This document shows positions 60,101-64,000 of a stretch of 64,000 nucleotides of DNA, one piece after another. This DNA is from an uncultured Chloroflexia bacterium. GTDB taxonomy: Bacteria > Chloroflexota > Limnocylindria > QHBO01. The notes under the pieces are model-generated. The model did no database searches. It had not been told where the DNA came from and was given only the letters and a program-made list of their open reading frames with translations. The stretch covers positions 64,001 through 128,000 of the forward strand of contig CAWFCQ010000007.1 in NCBI GenBank assembly GCA_963814375.1. Reading direction: 5' to 3'. The number at the start of each line of letters is the position of its first letter. The first letter of the stretch is position 1. The position numbers and the translations under genes were made by a program.

Positions 60101-61084
60101 TCAGTTGTCGATGATGGGCCCGTAGAGGTCGAGCTGCTCCTCTTCCTCGCCGTTCATCAGGTAAATGTTGAGCTGCGTGACGCCGACTTCGCGCAACTGC
60201 GCGAGGCGCTCGCGGTGCGCCGATGCCGGCCCGACGATCGCGAACTCATCGGTTATCTGGTCGGAAACGAATGCCGAGTTGTCGCTGCCGACCTCGGCGT
60301 GGTGCCGGTAGTCGTAGCCCTCGCGGCCCTCGACGTAGCGCCACAGCTCCTCGGGCAGGTCGTCCTTCGGGTATTTGTTGATGAGGTCGACCACGTGGTT
60401 GCTGACGAGCGCCGGAAACCATCGGACCTTGTCACGCGCCGCAGCGAGATCGTCGCTCACGTAAGCCGGCGCCGCGGCCATGACCTCGATCGCATCGGGG
60501 TCACGGCCGGCTTCGGTGGCGGCGGCACGAACGAAGCCCATGCACCAGCGGATGATGTCCGGATCTGCGAGCTGGAGGATGACCCCGTCCGCGACGCGGC
60601 CGGCGGCCGCGAGCGCCATCGGCCCGTAGCCGGCGACCCAGATCGGCACGGGGCCGTGCGTGGCCCAATCCATCTGGATCTCGGTGCCGTCGAGGTCCAC
60701 CTTCTCGCCCGCGGTCAGGGCGCGGATGACGCGGCAGCACTCTTCCATGTAGGCGACCGTCGTCGGCTTCTTGCCCATCACCCGCCGCGCTGAGTCGCCA
60801 CGGCCGATTCCCAGGTCCATCCGCCCGCCGGTTATCTCATTGAGCGTGGCCAGCGCGGACGCCGTCACCGTGACATCGCGTGTCGCCGGGTTCGTGACGC
60901 AGGTGCCCAGACGCATTCCCTCGGTTGCCGCGCCGATGAGCGTCAGGAGCGGGTACGGCTCGCGCCACAGCACGTGCGAGTCGAAGATCCAGCCGTGGCT
61001 GAAGCCGTTGGCCTCGGCGCGCTTCGCCAGGTCGACGCTGCGCTGGAAGTGGTGATCCGGCTTGAGCGTGATCCCGAACTTCAT
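60101..61084 (-). CDS. LLM F420-dependent oxidoreductase, TIGR03842-like
   Basis: FDSHVLWREPY, CVTNPATR, GIGRGDSARR, WFPALVSNHV; neighbours hydA and a C-N hydrolase. Confidence 0.88.
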   Translation of the reverse strand: MKFGITLKPDHHFQRSVDLAKRAEANGFSHGWIFDSHVLWREPYPLLTLIGAATEGMRLGTCVTNPATRDVTVTASALATLNEITGGRMDLGIGRGDSARRVMGKKPTTVAYMEECCRVIRALTAGEKVDLDGTEIQMDWATHGPVPIWVAGYGPMALAAAGRVADGVILQLADPDIIRWCMGFVRAAATEAGRDPDAIEVMAAAPAYVSDDLAAARDKVRWFPALVSNHVVDLINKYPKDDLPEELWRYVEGREGYDYRHHAEVGSDNSAFVSDQITDEFAIVGPASAHRERLAQLREVGVTQLNIYLMNGEEEEQLDLYGPIIDN

Positions 61085-61125
61085 TCCGGCCCTCTACTGC
61101 ACCCGTCGACCGTCGAACGGTTCAA

Positions 61126-61336
61126 ATTCACACGATGCGGGCGTTACGCGGGCTCGCGAGCATTGAGCGGTCATGACAGCCCGCCAGTGCCCACCTGGTG
61201 TGAATCCAGGTGCGTTGGGCGGCGGCAACGCTCATTAGGCACATCTCGTGTGAATAGCGACGTTTCGGGCTGCATCCGTTGCGTTACGCACACCTCGTGT
61301 GAATCGGGCGCGTTTCGGCGAGCGATTGCGACGCAC
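61126..61336. repeat. Degenerate ~50-bp-period intergenic repeat with GTGTGAAT core
   Basis: GTGTGAAT at 61198, 61248, 61297; inverted ATTCACAC at 61126. Confidence 0.7.
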
Positions 61337-62185
61337 TCAGGGACGGACGAGGTCGTCGTAGGCATCGGGGCGACGGTCGCGGAAGAACTGCCACGTCTGG
61401 CGCACCTCCTCGATCGTGTCGAGGTCGAGGTCGCGGACGATCAGCTCTTCGTCGTGCGGGTCGCCGACGTCGCCGATGAACTGGCCGCGCGGATCGACGA
61501 AGTACGACTGGCCGTAGAAGTCGTCGTCGCCGAGCGGCTCGATGCCGACCCGGTTGATGGTGCCGACGTAGTAGCCGTTGGCGAGGGCGTGCGATACCTG
61601 CTCGACCCGCCACAGGTACTCCGACAGGCCGCGCGAGGTGGCCGACGGGATGAAGACCAGCTCGGCGCCGTTGAGGCCGAGTGCGCGCGCGCCCTCGGGG
61701 AAGTGGCGGTCGTAGCAGATGTAGACCCCGACCTTGCCGACAGCGGTGTCGAAGACGGGGTATCCCATGTTGCCGGGGCGGAAGTAGTACTTCTCCCAGA
61801 AGCCCTTGACGTGCGGGATGTGCGTCTTGCGGTACTTGCCGAGGTAGCTCCCATCGGCGTCGATGACCGCGGCGGTGTTGTAGTAGATGCCCGTGGTCTG
61901 GTCGTCCTCCTCGTACATCGGCACGATGAGGACCATCCCGGTCTCCTTCGCCAGCTCCTGCATCCGCTTCGTGGTCGGCCCATTAGGAATGTGCTCGGTG
62001 TACGAGAAGTACTGCGGGTCCTGGACCTGGCAGAAGTAGGGGCCGTAGAAGAGCTCCTGGAAGCACATCACCTTCGCGCCCTGCTCCGCCGCCTCGCGCG
62101 CGTACTTGATGTGCTTCTCGATCATCGACTCCTTGTCGCCGGTCCACTCCGCCTGGAGCAGCGCCGCGCGGACGATTCGCGCCAT
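61337..62185 (-). CDS. Nitrilase-family C-N hydrolase (beta-ureidopropionase-like)
   Basis: FQELF, KYRKTHIP, FWEKYYF, YICYDRHFPE (E-K-C triad). Confidence 0.92.
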   Translation of the reverse strand: MARIVRAALLQAEWTGDKESMIEKHIKYAREAAEQGAKVMCFQELFYGPYFCQVQDPQYFSYTEHIPNGPTTKRMQELAKETGMVLIVPMYEEDDQTTGIYYNTAAVIDADGSYLGKYRKTHIPHVKGFWEKYYFRPGNMGYPVFDTAVGKVGVYICYDRHFPEGARALGLNGAELVFIPSATSRGLSEYLWRVEQVSHALANGYYVGTINRVGIEPLGDDDFYGQSYFVDPRGQFIGDVGDPHDEELIVRDLDLDTIEEVRQTWQFFRDRRPDAYDDLVRP

Positions 62186-62290
62186 CGGTTCCTCCATCCC
62201 GCCCGGAGGGCGGCATCGGTCTCACGGAAGGCCGATACAGTACACCGGCCCAACGCCCTCCCCGCGCCCAGCGGGTAGGCTTCACGGCCG

Positions 62291-63466
62291 ATGAATCTCC
62301 TGGACGGCCTCGTCCTGCTTCTCCTTGCCCTCGGCCTGGTCGCCGGTGCCCGTGCCGGCTTCCTCGGCCCCGTGATGGGGCTGCTCGGCGCCGTCGTCGG
62401 CTTCGCGTTGGCGCTGCTCGCCGCGTCGATCTTCCAGGAGCCGCTGGTGGGGATCGAACAGCCGATGCGGGCGCTCATCACGGTCATGGGTCTCGGCGCC
62501 TTCGTCCTGCTCGGCGAGGCAACCGGTGCGGCGCTGGGCACCACCATGAGCCGGGGCATCCGGACCAGCCCGCTGCGGCCGCTCGACGCGGCGGGCGGCG
62601 CGGCCGTCGGCGTGGCGCACGTCGTCCTGATGGTCTGGCTGCTCGGCGGCATCCTCAGCCTGGGGATCGCGCCGCGCTTCGACGAGCTCGCGCGCGACTC
62701 GGTCGCGCTGCGCTTCACCGGCGAGCGACTGCCGCCGCCGACGGCGGTGGCCGGACGGCTGGTCGCGCTCCTCGATACGACCGACCTGCCGCCCCTGTTC
62801 GCCGGCATCGAGCCGCCGGTCGCGGCTCCGGTCGACCTCCCGGACGACGCCGCCACCCGCGCTCTCGCCGAATCGGGGTTGGCGAGCACCGCCCGCATCG
62901 CGAGCAGCGGTTGTGGCTTTGGGCTGGCGGTGGGCAGCGGCTTCTTCGTCTCTCCGACGCACGCCGTCACCAATGCCCACGTCGTGGCGGGCAGCAGCAG
63001 CACCACGGTCACCGTCGGCGGCACGGACCACGATGCCGTGGTCGTGGCGTTCGACCCGCGATCGGACCTGGCGCTGCTATTCGTTGCCGACGCGAACGCC
63101 TCACCGCTGAACCTCAGCCCGCAGGCACCGCCACGAGGGACCGCCGCGGCCGTCCTCGGCTACCCCGGTGGCGGCCCGCTGGCGGCCATTCCGGCCGGCG
63201 TCACGGCAACGCACGCGGTGCCCGGTCCCGACATCTACGGGGAGGGGGCCTACTCACGCAACGTGGTGGAGATGCGATCGTCGATCCAGCGCGGCAACTC
63301 CGGCGGGCCGCTGATCATCGCGCCCGGCGTCGTGGGCGGCGTCGTGTTCGGCGCGTCGCGGGTGACGCCGGACGTCGGCTACGCGATCGGCTCGGACGAG
63401 GCGGTCGCCCGCATCGGCTCGTCTATCGGATCGACGGCGCCGGTCGCCACCGGCGCCTGCCTGTAG
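62291..63466 (+). CDS. MarP-like membrane serine protease (CvpA TM domain + trypsin-like domain)
   Basis: TNAHVV, DLALL, GNSGGP; Cys pair (SSGCG and terminal GACL). Confidence 0.9.
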   Translation: MNLLDGLVLLLLALGLVAGARAGFLGPVMGLLGAVVGFALALLAASIFQEPLVGIEQPMRALITVMGLGAFVLLGEATGAALGTTMSRGIRTSPLRPLDAAGGAAVGVAHVVLMVWLLGGILSLGIAPRFDELARDSVALRFTGERLPPPTAVAGRLVALLDTTDLPPLFAGIEPPVAAPVDLPDDAATRALAESGLASTARIASSGCGFGLAVGSGFFVSPTHAVTNAHVVAGSSSTTVTVGGTDHDAVVVAFDPRSDLALLFVADANASPLNLSPQAPPRGTAAAVLGYPGGGPLAAIPAGVTATHAVPGPDIYGEGAYSRNVVEMRSSIQRGNSGGPLIIAPGVVGGVVFGASRVTPDVGYAIGSDEAVARIGSSIGSTAPVATGACL

Positions 63467-63475
63467 GCTGCCTTC

Positions 63476-64000
63476 ATGCCCTGGAGCCGGCACGCCAAGA
63501 TCGCCTTCATCGGCTCGCATTCGGTTCGGAAGTCGAACGCCGTGCACGCCTTCGCCTCGACCGTCGGGCGGGCCGGCCGATCGGTGGAGGTCGGCCGCGA
63601 GGTGGTCCGCTTCAATCCCCTCGGCCTCAACGAGGGCGCGACGCCCGAGGCGCAGCTCTGGGTGCTGATGGCGCAGGTGCAGGAGGAGCTGCAGCTCGCC
63701 GGGCGCGCCGACATCCTCGTCACCGATCGCTCGGTCGTCGACAACTTCGCGTACTACCTGCGCGTGACCGCCGGGGAGGATCCGTTCGGGGTCGAGCCGC
63801 TCATCCGGCGGTGGGCCGCGACCTACGACCTGTCGGTTCGCCTCCTGCCGGACATCGGGCTCCTGGCCGATGGCGTCCGATCCACCAACGACGCCTTCCG
63901 CGACGAGATCGAGGCGATCCTCGACCGCATCCTGCCGCTCTACCTTCAGCCGGACCGATGGCTCACGATCCCCGCCAGCCAGGTCACCGCCGACTTCGAC
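63476..64000 (+). CDS. P-loop NTPase (AAA_28 / NadR-like), partial at the right edge
   Basis: MPWSRHAKIAFIGSHSVRKS...VTDRSVVDNFAY...LADGVRS; open to the window end. Confidence 0.75.
   Translation, partial: MPWSRHAKIAFIGSHSVRKSNAVHAFASTVGRAGRSVEVGREVVRFNPLGLNEGATPEAQLWVLMAQVQEELQLAGRADILVTDRSVVDNFAYYLRVTAGEDPFGVEPLIRRWAATYDLSVRLLPDIGLLADGVRSTNDAFRDEIEAILDRILPLYLQPDRWLTIPASQVTADFD

Noticed and set aside
61126-61336. Possible CRISPR array
   Set aside because: Short degenerate core, units similar along their length, one inverted copy, no cas genes

Overview
High-GC (roughly 70%) bacterial chromosomal window with about 68 genes. The gene repertoire suggests a soil or sediment Chloroflexota of the Limnocylindria/Ellin6529 type or a similar lineage; this is inference only. 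No rRNA, tRNA, CRISPR array or transposase was seen. Content: housekeeping and metabolic genes (acs, asd, hom, AlaX/YbaK tRNA editing, cinA), F420 genes (cofD-cofC-cofE plus LLM and PPOX oxidoreductases), a dispersed pyrimidine-catabolism set (hydA, TIGR03842-type LLM, nitrilase-family hydrolase), many transporters and regulators, a cyclase-STAND protein, and three paralogous ECF sigma/membrane-partner cassettes plus one sigma remnant. Many single-base frameshifts in ordinary genes point to uncorrected long-read errors. The most interesting signals are not named genes: (1) a dispersed ~178-bp element in three copies, built from four 14-bp palindromes at fixed 50/64/50 spacing; (2) a GGAGG-N9-ATGAACAAC internal start conserved in all three putative anti-sigma genes; (3) a shared TTGA(A/G)N-N18/19-CYCATAC promoter-like motif before all three ECF sigma genes and a cupin gene; (4) pervasive leaderless TANNNT-N6-9-start architecture, including back-to-back -10 boxes for divergent genes.
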